64,000 bases of DNA from Opitutales bacterium (GCA_965197745.1 CBDANS010000005.1:32001-96000), one strand, 5' to 3'; shown: positions 50,032-61,764, counted from the stretch's first letter. The notes: generated from the sequence alone by a model not told the origin. Translations and numbers: made by a program.

Positions 50032-53000
50032 ATGAGAAATATATTACTTGTTACCCTGTTGTTGGGAATATTTCCTTTCTTCGTCTTCGGACAAAAAGAA
50101 AGCAGTGTCATTGTTTCCATAGAAAATCAGGTTGATTTTTCAGTGAAGGAAGGTCCATGGATCAAAGAGCAAGTTGGACAAAAGCTTAACTATGGAGATC
50201 GCGTGCGGACTGGTGAATTCAGTCGCGCCACGATTCGTCTTCTCAATGAGAGCATCATGCGAATCAATGAACTCACGACCATTACCTTAAAGCCACCCAA
50301 AACAAAAACAGGCAAGCCGGGTATTGATCTAAAAAGAGGCGCGCTCTATTTTTTCAGTCGCAATCAACCTGAAGAGTACGAATTTGGAACCCCAACCGCA
50401 ACGGGAGCGATTAAGGGCACAGAATTTGAACTGCATCTTGATCCGTCCGAGAGCACGGTGATGACAATTTTCGACGGGGCGGTTGACTTATCTAATTCCC
50501 AGGGATCGATCGCGCTTGTAAGCGGGGAACAGGGAACAGTAAAAAGAGGATTACCACCGATAAAAACAGCAGTCATTAATGCGACAAACATTATTCAATG
50601 GTGTTTATATTATCCGGCGATAATTGATGCAGATGAAATTTCTTTCTCGCAAAATGAAAATAAGATCCTGGCCGCATCCCTGGATTCATACCGCAGGGGT
50701 AATTTACTGGAAGCGCTTACCCATTATCTCGCAACCGGAGCAAAACCTGAAAGCGCAGGGGGCCGTCTTTACACGACCGGGCTCTACCTCGCGACGGGGC
50801 AGGTTACTAAAGCGGAAGAACTGATCATAAAAGCGGGTGGCGATCACTCCCTGGCTCTGGCCCTTAAAGAATTAATTTCAGCGGTAAAAGGGGTTCAACC
50901 GAGTTCCTATCCCGAGCCACAATCGGCTTCCCAGTGGTTGGCGCGTTCTTACCTTATACAGGCAGATGGCAATTTAGATCTTGCCTTGAAAGCCGCGCAA
51001 AACGCCGTTGAACTCTCCCCCTCATTTGGCTTTGGATGGGGGAGAGTTGCCGAGTTTGAATTCAGTTTCGGCCGACTGGAGGCTGTCAATGAATCTCTTA
51101 AGAAAGGTTTGGAATTTTCGCCGGAGAATGCGCAAATCCTCGCCCTGCAAGGTTTTCTTTTAGCAGGAAACGATAAGCTTGTTGAAGCCCGTGAAACATT
51201 TGAGCAAGCTATAATCCTTGATGGGGCATTGGCCAATGCCTGGCTGGGAAAGGGGGCTTACCCAGATCCGAGGCAATGATCTCGATGAAGGGATGCAGGA
51301 TCTACAGACGGCAGCGGCGATCGAACCCGATCGGTCATTATTGCGCAGCTATCTGGCAAAGGCGTTTTCTGATGCCAGGGTATTTTCTTTCGCCGCCAAT
51401 GAATTAATGCTGGCCGAAAATCTCGACCCCAATGATCCCACACCCTGGCTTTTTTCCGCGCTCTTGAATCAAAAAATAAACCGTTACAATGTCGCGGTCC
51501 AGGACTTGGAACGGTCTATATCCCTTAATGAAAACCGAAGGCTCTATCGATCGAAATTTCTACTCGACGGGGATCAGGCCGTCCGTGGCGCTAATCTTGC
51601 GGCTATTTACAATAACGTGGGGATGCGAGAAATCAGTATTCGTGAAGCGCATCGCGCCGTGCAGAATGATTATACAAATTACTCCGCGCACCTCTTCCTG
51701 GCGAACAGTTACGATGCATTGCGCGATCCGCGAAGGTTCCAACTCCGGTTTGAAACGCCGTGGGCCAATGAATTACTCTTGGCCAATCTCCTCTCACCGG
51801 CGAGCGCGGGTACTCTTTCTCAACATGTCTCTCAGCAGGAATACACACCTCTTTTTGAGAGGCAACGCTTAGGGTTTAATGCGCATAGCACCTATCAAAG
51901 CCATGGAGAATTTCGCCAACAATTTACGCAATACGGTCTCTTCGGAAATACCAGTTATGCCGTAGATTTTGACTATCATACTTTTGACGGGTTTCGCCTT
52001 AACAATGAATTTGACCGCATTGAGGTTTTTACCCAACTCAAGCATCAACTCACATCGCAGGGCACCCTGTTTCTGCAGTTAAAATTTCAGGATTTTGACG
52101 GAGGTGATGTTTCACAGGTGCAGGATAATTCCCAACTACGGGAGCATTTTCAATTTGAAGAAGAACAATTGCCTCTTGTCTTTGCCGGTTATCATCACCG
52201 TTGGTCACCGGGTGTCGATACCCTGTTTCTTTTTGGACGACTTACCGATGACCTGATGGTTAGAGATCGCCAGGTCCCTCAACTCATTCTCAGCACCAAT
52301 GATGCGGGCGATAACATTGTTTTACCTTCCGCCGATATGGATTTATTTTATCGCAATGAATTGGAGATTTACTCAGCGGAGATAAATCAGATATTCCAGT
52401 TCGACAAGGTGACACTAATTGCGGGCTTGCGCTACCAGGATGGGGATTTTGAAGTCGAGAATAGACTCAATGGGATTACACCCATACAGCAACCCTTCTT
52501 TGACGATCCGCCTGCGGACTTAAGATTTGTAGAAGACTTCACCCGGACTAATCTCTATATCTATTCACTCTGGGAGCTGCTCAATGATTTTACGATTACC
52601 GCGGGGGTCGCCTACGACGATATAGAATATCCTTTTAATTTTTTAACTTCCCCTGTCAGCGGTGGTGAATTGGGGGATGAACTGGTCTCACCCAAGATTG
52701 GCATGAATTGGGAGGTGTATGATCGGATCAGTTTACGCAGTGCTTACAGCCAATCGCTAGGAGGATTTAGTTTTGATCAAAGTGTGCGTCTTGAGCCCAG
52801 CCAGATATCCGGTTTTACCCAGGGGTTTCGCTCCCTTATCTCCGAATCCGCGGTGGGCGCGGTACCTGCGGCCGAATTTGAAGTCACCGGGTTAGGCCTC
52901 ACAATTAATATTGATGCCCAAACTTATCTCGATCTTCATATCGCCATTCGCGAAGCTGATGTCGAGCGCTTTGACGGCGTATTCAATGATACCGGAAGCA

Positions 53001-53473
53001 TGCTTTTCAAGCCAGGGGTCATCCGGGAGATTCTCAATTACGAGGAGGATAATCTGACCCTGACTTTGAACCGCCTCATCGGTGAGGCGTGGTCACTGGG
53101 CGTGCGTTATGAATATATGCGCTCTGATCTCGACCAGAATTTTGATTCAATCCCCGACGCACAATTTAATTTCCGCTCCACCTTACATCAGGTAAATCTA
53201 TTTGCGATCATGAATCATCCCTCAGGCTGGCACGCAAAAGCAGAGGGCAAGTGGCTGAACCAGGAGAATCGAGGGTTTTTACCCGATTTCGGGGATGAGG
53301 AAATTTTCCAGATTGATGCCTTTTTCGGTTATCGAGCACCCGGACAACAGTGGAAATTGACGACAGGAATCCTTAATTTAACGGATGAGAATTACCGTCT
53401 TAATCCCTTAAATTCATTTTTAGAGTTACCACGAGAAATATCTTTCTTTGTCCAGTTCGATCTTAATCTATAA
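50032..53473 (+). pseudogene. FecR-TPR-TonB-dependent-receptor-like beta-barrel fusion, frameshifted at the G5 run 51252-51256
   Basis: GDRVRTG...TPTATGAIKGTEF FecR domain; TPRs; beta-barrel ending FFVQFDLNL. Removing one G gives WLGKGLTQIR. Confidence 0.82.
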
Positions 53474-53490
53474 AGCGTTCACAATACTTA

Positions 53491-55476
53491 ATGAACCTTT
53501 TAAGAAATAAATGGGCTAAATATATCTAGGGCGTTCTTCTTGTTGTCGGTGTAGGACTGCTCTTCATCTTTCTCCCGGTGGGAAATAAATTAAGGTATAG
53601 AAGCTATGATTTTTTATTTCTCTTTAATAGACAGCAGCCCCCTGAAGACATGGTCCTTGTTTATATGGATGAACAATCGCATCATGAACTTGATCAACCG
53701 TATGACAAAACCTGGAATCGACACTTGCATGCCGAGTTACTTAATAAAATTACAGCGCAGGGGGCGCGTCTGGTTTTTTATGATATCATCTTTGAGATGC
53801 TCAGTTCCGATGAAAGCAGCGACACTGCGCTGGCGCAGGCTTTTGCCAGTAATGGTTCCGTTGTTCTCGCCGGAAGTTTAACCCAGAGGAGAGAGTTATT
53901 ATCGAGCCAGGTAATTATTATTCCACCCGAAGCAGGTTTTCGACGTGCCTCTCGAGCCTGGGGGGTGCTGCAATTGGATGCGGTCAACCCACGTTTAATA
54001 TTAACCGGCACCACCGACCATGAATCGGCGACCTGGAAAGCGGCCGCTATTCTCGATCCCGGTTTAAACGAACGGGAAGAAGATCGACTGAGTGAGCGGT
54101 GGATAAATTATTTAGGTCCCCCCGATTCCTTTAATTCGATCAGTTTTTATAAGGCCTACTTAGAAGAAGAAGAAAGCAGAGATTTATTTAAAGACAAAAT
54201 TGTCTTTATAGGTTCAAGATATATTACGGGTTTTACGGGAACAACTAAAGACACATTCTTTACCCCTTATTCCCTTTTGGGTTTCCCTCCTGCCAATGGG
54301 ATTGAGATTCATGCTAATGCCCTGACCAATATTATTGAAGGTAATTGGTTGACCCGCCTGGATCACGGAGTGGAATCCGCCATTGTCGCGGTATACGGGA
54401 TATTAATCAGTCTTTTATTAGTATTATTGACACCGAGAATTGGCATCATCGTCACTATTCTGGCAAGCATTGGTGTCGCCGTTTCTTCTATTTTGTTAAG
54501 TTGGCAAACCCTGACATTTTACAGCTGGTTGGTTCCAGCGGGGGTTCAGACAATGACTGCTTTTATCTGGGCGGTAGGGACAAAATACTACCAGGAAACG
54601 AGAAGAAAACTAAGGCTTAAAAAAGCCTTTTCAGCCTATCTCTCACCGGTCATGGCTCAACAGGCAGCGGAGAGTGATGTCGATTATACGCCCGGTGGAG
54701 AACTGAAAGAAGTGACGATATTATTTACCGACCTTGAAGGATTTACAACGCTATCAGACAGTTCTAACCCCGGTGAGATATCTGAAATACTAAACACTTA
54801 TTTCAGCCTGACCAGTAATCATGTATTACAAGAAAATGGGACCATACTAAAATATATCGGAGATGCGGTCTTCGCGGTGTGGGGCGCTCCTCTCGAAGAT
54901 CCGAATCAGGCGAATAATGCAGTCAAAGCGGCATTGGGAATGATAGAATCAACCCGGGATAAAAAAATATACGGGTATCCATTACGAACCCGCATTGGAA
55001 TAAGCAGCGGCAGTTGCCTGGCCGGAAACCTGGGATCGGATTTAAGATTTGATTACACAGTCATCGGCGATGAAGTGAACCTGGCTTCGCGGCTGGAGGG
55101 ACTGAATAAATATACGGGCACCGACATAGTCGTGTCTGAAACCACGGCAAATCAATTATCAGACAAGTATAAAATGCGACTGATGGGAAGTTTTCTTCTC
55201 GTGGGAAAAGAAAAAGCGGTGGAAGTTTTTGAAATACTGGGAGAAAGTAATGGAGCGGAGCCGCAGCCGGAGTGGCAGAAATATTACGCGGAGGGCCTTT
55301 CCTTATTTTCAGAGAGAAAGTTTAATGAAGCGAAAAGCTGCTTTCAAAGAACCATTGACAGCCGGCCGGAAGGAGATGGTCCCTCTGAATTTCTTCTTAA
55401 CCAGATCAACTTACTTTCCAACGACAAAGAATTACCCAAAAATTGGAAGGGTGAAATCATACTATCCGGTAAATAA
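53491..55476 (+). pseudogene. CHASE2-domain class III adenylate/guanylate cyclase with an in-frame TAG at 53527
   Basis: MNLLRNKWAKYI*GVLLVVGVGLLFIF N-terminal TM; GIEIHANAL; LFTDLEGFT, KYIGDAV and DYTVIGDEVNLASRLE motifs. Confidence 0.8.
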
Positions 55477-55606
55477 CATTATTTATCGATCCCTGCGCGC
55501 AGGGGGTCTTGATTATATGGGGTTGACCCAGATTCCGGAATTAGAAGGCTATAATATGCGTGATCGTGTCTAAACTGAGAAATAACCTTTTAAAAGGAGA
55601 ACTGAA

Positions 55607-56380
55607 ATGAGACGGAGCTTGATACTCGAAAAATTAAAACGCAGTGAATACGTCGTAATTACTCAGTCGTGGATTTTGCCGCACTGGAAGATGGTAGATA
55701 TGATGGGCACAGTTGGCTTTGATGGCGTTTGGATAGAAAATGAACACAGCGATTTTAATTACAGCGAAATTTCTCAGATGATACTGGCGGCTAGGGCTCA
55801 TGATATGGATTCCATTGTTCGCGTTGAGCGATGTGGTTATACGGGTATCATTAAACCGCTCGAAGCAGGTGCCACGGGTTTAGTTATTCCTCAAGTCGTA
55901 GATGGGGAGGATGCAAAATCGATTGTCCGCGACGCCAAGTACAGCCCTATGGGTCTTCGTGGAGCCGGTGGTAGCACGGATTCGGTATATGGCACTCAGG
56001 CCCGGGGTGAGTATATTGAGCAATCGATTCGCGAAACATTTGTCGCGGCCCTCATCGAAAACAAAAATGCAATTGAATCAATCGATGCGATTGCGGCAAC
56101 GGAAGGCATCGATATGCTATTATTTGGACCGGGAGACCTCTCCCAAAGTTATGGTATATTCGGACAATCTGACCATCCGTTGATTGAAAAAGCAATGGAT
56201 GCTATGGCAGAGGCCTGTGCAAAGCACGGAAAATGGTGGGGTGCCCCTGTTTCGAATCGCGAACAGGCGGAAGCCATTCTCAAACGCGGCGCTCGCATTA
56301 TACAAACGGTTAATGAACAGGAAGTGATAGTCTCGGGATTTAAAAAGTTAAAGGAAGATTTTAAGGATATTAAGATTTAA
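55607..56380 (+). CDS. HpcH/HpaI aldolase family protein
   Basis: GFDGVWIENEH, KYSPMGLRG and GPGDLS motifs. Confidence 0.92.
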   Translation: MRRSLILEKLKRSEYVVITQSWILPHWKMVDMMGTVGFDGVWIENEHSDFNYSEISQMILAARAHDMDSIVRVERCGYTGIIKPLEAGATGLVIPQVVDGEDAKSIVRDAKYSPMGLRGAGGSTDSVYGTQARGEYIEQSIRETFVAALIENKNAIESIDAIAATEGIDMLLFGPGDLSQSYGIFGQSDHPLIEKAMDAMAEACAKHGKWWGAPVSNREQAEAILKRGARIIQTVNEQEVIVSGFKKLKEDFKDIKI

Positions 56381-56458
56381 GGTGCCAGTTCTGATTGCCC
56401 TGCTACCGATAGATCTAATCCAGCTTACATAATTTAATGTGGGAAAAAAGGAAGGCAT

Positions 56459-57697
56459 ATGCCAGGTACTGCTATTACCGATCTGGAAGATTATAAATCG
56501 TTTTGTGAATGGGGATTGAGCGACCCATACCCACTCATGCACCGTTTACGCACCGAGGATCCCGTGCATTGGAATGAGCGTATTGAAGGTTGGATGCTTA
56601 CCCGTTACGATGATGTCTTGAAGAGTTACCGAGACCCGCGACTCAATTCTGACCGCGCGTCAATTAATATGAGGTCCCTCCCTGAATCACTGCGAAATAA
56701 ATATCAAACTTTAGGGGAACATGTGTCGAATTGGCTGGGCTTTACCGATCCCCCTAAGCACACGCGGCTCCGCAATCTGGTGGGCAAGGCATTCACTCCT
56801 AGAGTTACACTGAAGTTGCGCCCGCGCATCCAGCGAATCACTAATAATTTACTCGAACAAGCAGAGAAAAAAGGGAGGATAGATTTGATCAATGACTATG
56901 CTTTTCGACTACCTGCAACAGTGATCTGTGAGTTGTTGGGTATCCCCGCTGACCATCAGGATAAATTTCGTGAATGCACCGAATATATGGCTGCCTTTGT
57001 CGGCAGCATGGGTCCTGAAATGATAAAAATAGCCGACCGGGCTAACGAAAGTTATAATCAACTCGCTGAATATTTTCGTGAGCTCGCGGCCGACCGACGT
57101 CGCGAACCGAAAGATGATTTAATAAGTATTCTGGCCAGAGTTGATGAGGACGGAGACACTCTCGATGAAAAAGAGCTTTTGGGGATGGCCGTTTTTCTCT
57201 TCGTGGCCGGCCATGAGACTACCGTATGTTTAATCGGTAACGGGCTCCTCTTACTTTTTCAACACCCCGAAGAACGGGAAAAACTGAAGTGTGACCCGTC
57301 ACTGTTAGAAACGGCTGTGGAGGAATTTCTCAGGTTCGAACCCCCTATATTATTGAACACCCGCTTAGCGTCTGAAGATATTGAACTTCGTGGTAAGCAC
57401 ATCAAGAGAGGGCAAGCGGTGCTACTGATGATGAGTGCGGCAAACCGGGATCCCGATCAATTTCCAGACCCGGACCGACTCGACATCGGGAGAAAGGATA
57501 ATCAACACCTGGCATTCGGATATGGACATCACGTGTGTATCGGAGCTACTCTTGCACGTCTTGAAGCGCAAATAGCTATCCAATCCATATTAAACCGGTT
57601 CCCGGATTTACGCTTGGAGAAAAACAATTTCCAGTGTAATTGGCGCCGCAATTTATCATTGCGCATGCCTTTATCCTTACCAGCATTATTTAATTAG
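56459..57697 (+). CDS. Cytochrome P450
   Basis: AGHETT, EEFLR and FGYGHHVCIG heme-thiolate motifs. Confidence 0.96.
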   Translation: MPGTAITDLEDYKSFCEWGLSDPYPLMHRLRTEDPVHWNERIEGWMLTRYDDVLKSYRDPRLNSDRASINMRSLPESLRNKYQTLGEHVSNWLGFTDPPKHTRLRNLVGKAFTPRVTLKLRPRIQRITNNLLEQAEKKGRIDLINDYAFRLPATVICELLGIPADHQDKFRECTEYMAAFVGSMGPEMIKIADRANESYNQLAEYFRELAADRRREPKDDLISILARVDEDGDTLDEKELLGMAVFLFVAGHETTVCLIGNGLLLLFQHPEEREKLKCDPSLLETAVEEFLRFEPPILLNTRLASEDIELRGKHIKRGQAVLLMMSAANRDPDQFPDPDRLDIGRKDNQHLAFGYGHHVCIGATLARLEAQIAIQSILNRFPDLRLEKNNFQCNWRRNLSLRMPLSLPALFN

Positions 57698-57787
57698 TAT
57701 CCGGGTTTAAATAGTTAAGTATTTACTTATGAAAGAGAAAAAATAACATTCTGGATGAGTGAACGAGTAAATACAGAATTGAGTTGA

Positions 57788-58597
57788 ATGAGCATGCAAA
57801 CAGCGATCAAATATGACATTGAGCAACATTTAGAGGAATGGAAAATTAATGGCTTTACCGTTTTTGAAGACTTGATTCCTCACGATGTTATCGACCGTAT
57901 ACGCGAGGCGTGGATCCCTTACCGTGATGGGGAGATCAAAAAACATGATCCTGATCTATTAATAAAGTGCTACAATTTTACCGTCCCCTTTGAACGCCCC
58001 TTTGTCGATCCGGTTATATTTGAGCATCCGGCAATTGTCGCATTCCTCGAGCGAGTGCTTGGACCTAACTATGTATGTTCCGGTTTTGATTCCAACACCC
58101 CTTTTCCCGGTGTCGATTACCAGGAATGGCATCGCGATACCCCCCTGCTATTTTCTGATTTGATGACACCCGCATATAATATTGGAGTAAAATTCCCACT
58201 GGTCGATACCTCTGAAGAGAATGGCAGTTTTGAAGTCATCCCTTCAACCCAGTATCTGGCCGGTCCAGGATTATGCGAGAGAGAAGTAAACGGGCGAAAA
58301 AATAAATGGTTTGACAACGTTTTCGGAAAAGACGCGGAACGTAAAGGCCGCTTCTACCCAGTGCGGTTGAATTTAAAAAAAGGTTCACTTTGGGTGCAGG
58401 ACGGCCGTGCATTTCATCGGGGAACACCCAACAAATCAGATCACACTCGGGATGAACTTTGTTTTGATTTCAGTTGCCCCTGGTTTAACAGCAATTGGAC
58501 AAATGCATATACGGAGAAACATATGTCACGGGATCTTTGGGATAGTTTATCTAATCACGCGCGTCAGGTGATGCGCTGGAAACGGATTATAGATTAA
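57788..58597 (+). CDS. PhyH-family Fe/2OG dioxygenase
   Basis: WHRD, NGSFEVIPS and FHRG motifs. Confidence 0.9.
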   Translation: MSMQTAIKYDIEQHLEEWKINGFTVFEDLIPHDVIDRIREAWIPYRDGEIKKHDPDLLIKCYNFTVPFERPFVDPVIFEHPAIVAFLERVLGPNYVCSGFDSNTPFPGVDYQEWHRDTPLLFSDLMTPAYNIGVKFPLVDTSEENGSFEVIPSTQYLAGPGLCEREVNGRKNKWFDNVFGKDAERKGRFYPVRLNLKKGSLWVQDGRAFHRGTPNKSDHTRDELCFDFSCPWFNSNWTNAYTEKHMSRDLWDSLSNHARQVMRWKRIID

Positions 58598-58636
58598 GGG
58601 GATGAAAATCTTTTATGATTAGAAAAGAGTAATGAT

Positions 58637-59446
58637 ATGAGCGTGGCAACCGAGTATAATGTCGACCAACTTGTAGAAGAATACAAAATTAACGGATTCG
58701 TTGTTTTTGAAGACCTGATCCCCCCGGAAACTCTAGACCGGATATATGAGGCGTGGGTCCCGATTCGAGACCGGGAGATTGAAAGACAAGGGAACAATCC
58801 CAACCGAGGTCCCAACCGTTATTGCATCCATATTCCTTTTGAATGCCCCTTTGTTGACGAGGAGATTTTTGGTCATCCCGCACTCGTGAAATTTTTTGAA
58901 AAAATACTAGGAGACGATTATGTTTGTGAAGGTTTTGACTCGAATACTCCTTTCCCAGGATCCGTGTACCAAAAATGGCATCGCGACGTGGCATTGATCT
59001 TTCCCGGTTTGATGACACCGGCAATAAATGTCGCTCTTAGAATTCCGCTCGTAGATGCAACTGAGGATAACGGCAGCATCGAAGTGATACCCTCAAGTCA
59101 CTATATCGCTGATGAAGAGGTTTGTTATAAGGAGATCGAGGGGAGAAGAGGGAAGTGGTTCGACAATATATTTGGAGAGGGTCCTGAGAGGAAGGGTCGG
59201 TACTACCCTGTCCGTCTCAATGTGAAACGCGGATCAGTTTGGCTATGTGATCCCCGCATTTTCCACCGTGGAACACCTAACGTCTCAGATCATTCTCGCG
59301 ATGAACTCAGCATGGGATTCAGCCGACCCTGGTTATTCAATCAATGGCTGCATGATAATACGGAGAAGAATTTCCCCCGCGATCTCTGGGACAGCCTCTC
59401 TGATCACGCTCGACAGGTGATGCGGTTGCAACGCGTGATGGATTAG
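58637..59446 (+). CDS. PhyH-family Fe/2OG dioxygenase (tandem paralog)
   Basis: WHRD and FHRG motifs; high similarity to the upstream gene. Confidence 0.9.
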   Translation: MSVATEYNVDQLVEEYKINGFVVFEDLIPPETLDRIYEAWVPIRDREIERQGNNPNRGPNRYCIHIPFECPFVDEEIFGHPALVKFFEKILGDDYVCEGFDSNTPFPGSVYQKWHRDVALIFPGLMTPAINVALRIPLVDATEDNGSIEVIPSSHYIADEEVCYKEIEGRRGKWFDNIFGEGPERKGRYYPVRLNVKRGSVWLCDPRIFHRGTPNVSDHSRDELSMGFSRPWLFNQWLHDNTEKNFPRDLWDSLSDHARQVMRLQRVMD

Positions 59447-59524
59447 TATTTTTGAATAATAGTTTGTATAATTGGAAGCAGATTGAATACGGTAGGTTAA
59501 ATTAAAGGAAGGGGGATAAAGAAG

Positions 59525-60391
59525 ATGGCTTTTGGAACCGGTAAATATACATATGAAGTAGAAGAGGGGTGGGGCAAACTACCCGATGGATGGGAATGGG
59601 GTTGGATCCCTGCCGTGGCATGCGATTCCCAGGACCGGGTGTTTGTTTATTCGCGGAGTAAACACCCCCTTGTTATATTCAACCGCGAAGGTGAATTCGT
59701 CGAATCGTGGGGAGAGGATGTATTAATAGATGCGCACGGTATTTACATCGATGGAGACGACAATGTTTTCTGTATCGAGCGAGATAATCACTGTATCTTT
59801 AAATTTAATAATAAAGGTGAACTGATAATGACGATCGGTAGACCAGGGATGCCAGCCGTGAGGGATGGTGATCCCTTTAACAAACCCACCGATCTGGCTG
59901 TAGCATCAACCGGTGAATTGTTTATTTCCGATGGTTACGGCAATCACCGGGTGCATAAGTACTCAGCTGATGGTGATTATATACTTTCATGGGGCGAGGG
60001 GGGAGAAGGGCCCGGCCAATTTGCGCTTTCGCATTGTGTCCGCCTGGATAAAGACGACCGCGTCTGGGTCTGTGATCGTGAAAACAACCGGATCCAGATT
60101 TTTGATAAAAACGGAAATTTTATAAGCGAGTGGACGGGGCTCCTGCAACCGGATACGATATACTTTGATCCTGAAGAGGATATACTTTATCTCGCTGAAC
60201 TGCAGCAGCAGGTTGGTATCTATACTTTAGATCACGAACTTATCACCCAATGGGGAGGCGCCAAAAGAAGTGACAAGCCAGGTGAATTTAAAGCTTGTCC
60301 TCACGGTATCTGGAAGGACTCGCACGGGGACTTATATGTTGGCCAGGTACAGGAAGATGGCCAGTTGCAGAAATTTGTGCGGCAGGGATAG
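59525..60391 (+). CDS. NHL-repeat protein, peptidyl-alpha-hydroxyglycine lyase (PAL)-like
   Basis: FNKPTDLAV, SDGYGNHRV and DRENNRIQIF motifs. Confidence 0.88.
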   Translation: MAFGTGKYTYEVEEGWGKLPDGWEWGWIPAVACDSQDRVFVYSRSKHPLVIFNREGEFVESWGEDVLIDAHGIYIDGDDNVFCIERDNHCIFKFNNKGELIMTIGRPGMPAVRDGDPFNKPTDLAVASTGELFISDGYGNHRVHKYSADGDYILSWGEGGEGPGQFALSHCVRLDKDDRVWVCDRENNRIQIFDKNGNFISEWTGLLQPDTIYFDPEEDILYLAELQQQVGIYTLDHELITQWGGAKRSDKPGEFKACPHGIWKDSHGDLYVGQVQEDGQLQKFVRQG

Positions 60392-60459
60392 AGGGGTATA
60401 TGCGGGAATGCGTGGAAGCGAATAAGCGGGAATGCGGTTATGCGTGGAAGCGATTCTGA

Positions 60460-61386
60460 TTACCCCTGGGCTATCCATGAGCCATCGGAGTTAGCTTTGT
60501 TAAAAGCGTCGCGAATTTTAATAATGGCCTCATCGGGAAGAGGACCCTTTTCGGCTGCCTGGATGTTCGCCTGGGTGTTCTGAGGGTTCGTTGTCCCGAT
60601 AATAGCAACGTGAACACCCGGTTGGCTGATCGTAAAGCGCAGGGCGATTTCCGGCCAGACTGCTTCCGGTGCCCCCTCGAAACTGAGATCAGCGGGATTG
60701 AGGTTCATTTTCTGCAAGCGCTCGGTATAGGTTTTGGCATAGTCTTTGTACAACCCCTGCTGGTCACTCAATTTTTTCCAGGCGGCATTAGCAATGGGGC
60801 GTTTTACCATTACCCCTATATTATTCTCTCTCGCCTTAGGTAATAGACCCTCAATATTGACCTGATCGGTGATGTTTATGGAGGTTTGAATGACTTTTAC
60901 ATCTTCAAGGGTCGCGGCATAGGCAACCGCTTCATTGTCTCCGGAATAGCCGGGAAATCGAATTTTACCGGCGTCGCGTGCTTCGACCAGCGCAGCTAGG
61001 GCATCCCCTTGCTTTAAAGTCTCCAAATCGCAGGTGTGAATAAGCATGACATCCAACCGATCGGTTTTAAGCCTTTGCAAAGAGCGATCGATGGTTTTGG
61101 TGATCAACGCAGGTGACCAGGCGGGATCATCAGATTCAGGTATCTGCCCCCCGCATTTGCTGACGAGGATATACTCATCACGACGTTGACTGATAGTTTT
61201 ACCGATCATTTCTTCAGACCCATAGTAGCCAGCTGCGGTATCTATAAGGTTGACGCCTGAATCAAGGAGAAGATTCAGTACTTTTGCCGTTCTTTCTTCT
61301 TCCGTATCCAACATGCCTATAGGGGCACCTCCAAATCCCAGCGGTGTGACTTCTAAACGGGTATTTCCAAATTTTCGTTTTTGCAT
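60460..61386 (-). CDS. Aldo/keto reductase (copy 1)
   Basis: LGFGG, IDTA..Y, SKCG and SL.RLKTD.LD motifs. Confidence 0.93.
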   Translation of the reverse strand: MQKRKFGNTRLEVTPLGFGGAPIGMLDTEEERTAKVLNLLLDSGVNLIDTAAGYYGSEEMIGKTISQRRDEYILVSKCGGQIPESDDPAWSPALITKTIDRSLQRLKTDRLDVMLIHTCDLETLKQGDALAALVEARDAGKIRFPGYSGDNEAVAYAATLEDVKVIQTSINITDQVNIEGLLPKARENNIGVMVKRPIANAAWKKLSDQQGLYKDYAKTYTERLQKMNLNPADLSFEGAPEAVWPEIALRFTISQPGVHVAIIGTTNPQNTQANIQAAEKGPLPDEAIIKIRDAFNKANSDGSWIAQG

Positions 61387-61569
61387 GGCAGGTTTTAATT
61401 GAACCTGATGTGTTTATCTACTACTCAGGATTTAATCTGATAATGTTCCAGTTCATCTTCAATATTTTTATCTTAATATTCTAATTTAAATTGAATTTGG
61501 AACTCAAGAAATCAAGAAAAGAAGGAATTGCTATCCCTATTATATTTTAAATTCGGGAATCTTCCAATG

Positions 61570-61666
61570 GTCATTGCGAGGGAGGCTATCAGCCGACCGC
61601 GGCTACCGAGCGCAGCGACATCTTCCACTCCAGGGGATTGCTTCGTCACGTTGCCTCTCGCAATGA
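61570..61666. repeat. GTCATTGCGAG-type palindromic element
   Basis: GTCATTGCGAG...CTCGCAATGA; a shorter version of 63091-63224. Confidence 0.8.
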
Positions 61667-61734
61667 AAAATAAAATCGAGAACGAAAAAGATTATTCATT
61701 TGACATGGTAGAACGATCGGATTGCCAAAAGGCT

Positions 61735-61764
61735 ATGGCCAAAAAGCCCAATGTTCTCCTCATT
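61735..61764 (+). pseudogene. Stub of the sulfatase 5' end (MAKKPNVLLI), marking the duplication endpoint
   Basis: Matches 63287-63316, then diverges. Confidence 0.75.

Noticed and set aside
51252..51256. Programmed frameshift or phase variation in the FecR-barrel gene
   Set aside because: G5 is short for slipped-strand switching, no stimulatory structure is evident, and neighbouring genes are also broken.
25340..53529. TAG stop-codon reassignment, suggested by three in-frame TAGs (25340, 48799, 53527)
   Set aside because: The expected residues differ (Gln at 25340, Trp at 48799). TAG also ends intact genes (15483, 41797, 59446, 60391), and two of the three loci carry other lesions. Nonsense mutation is the simpler explanation.
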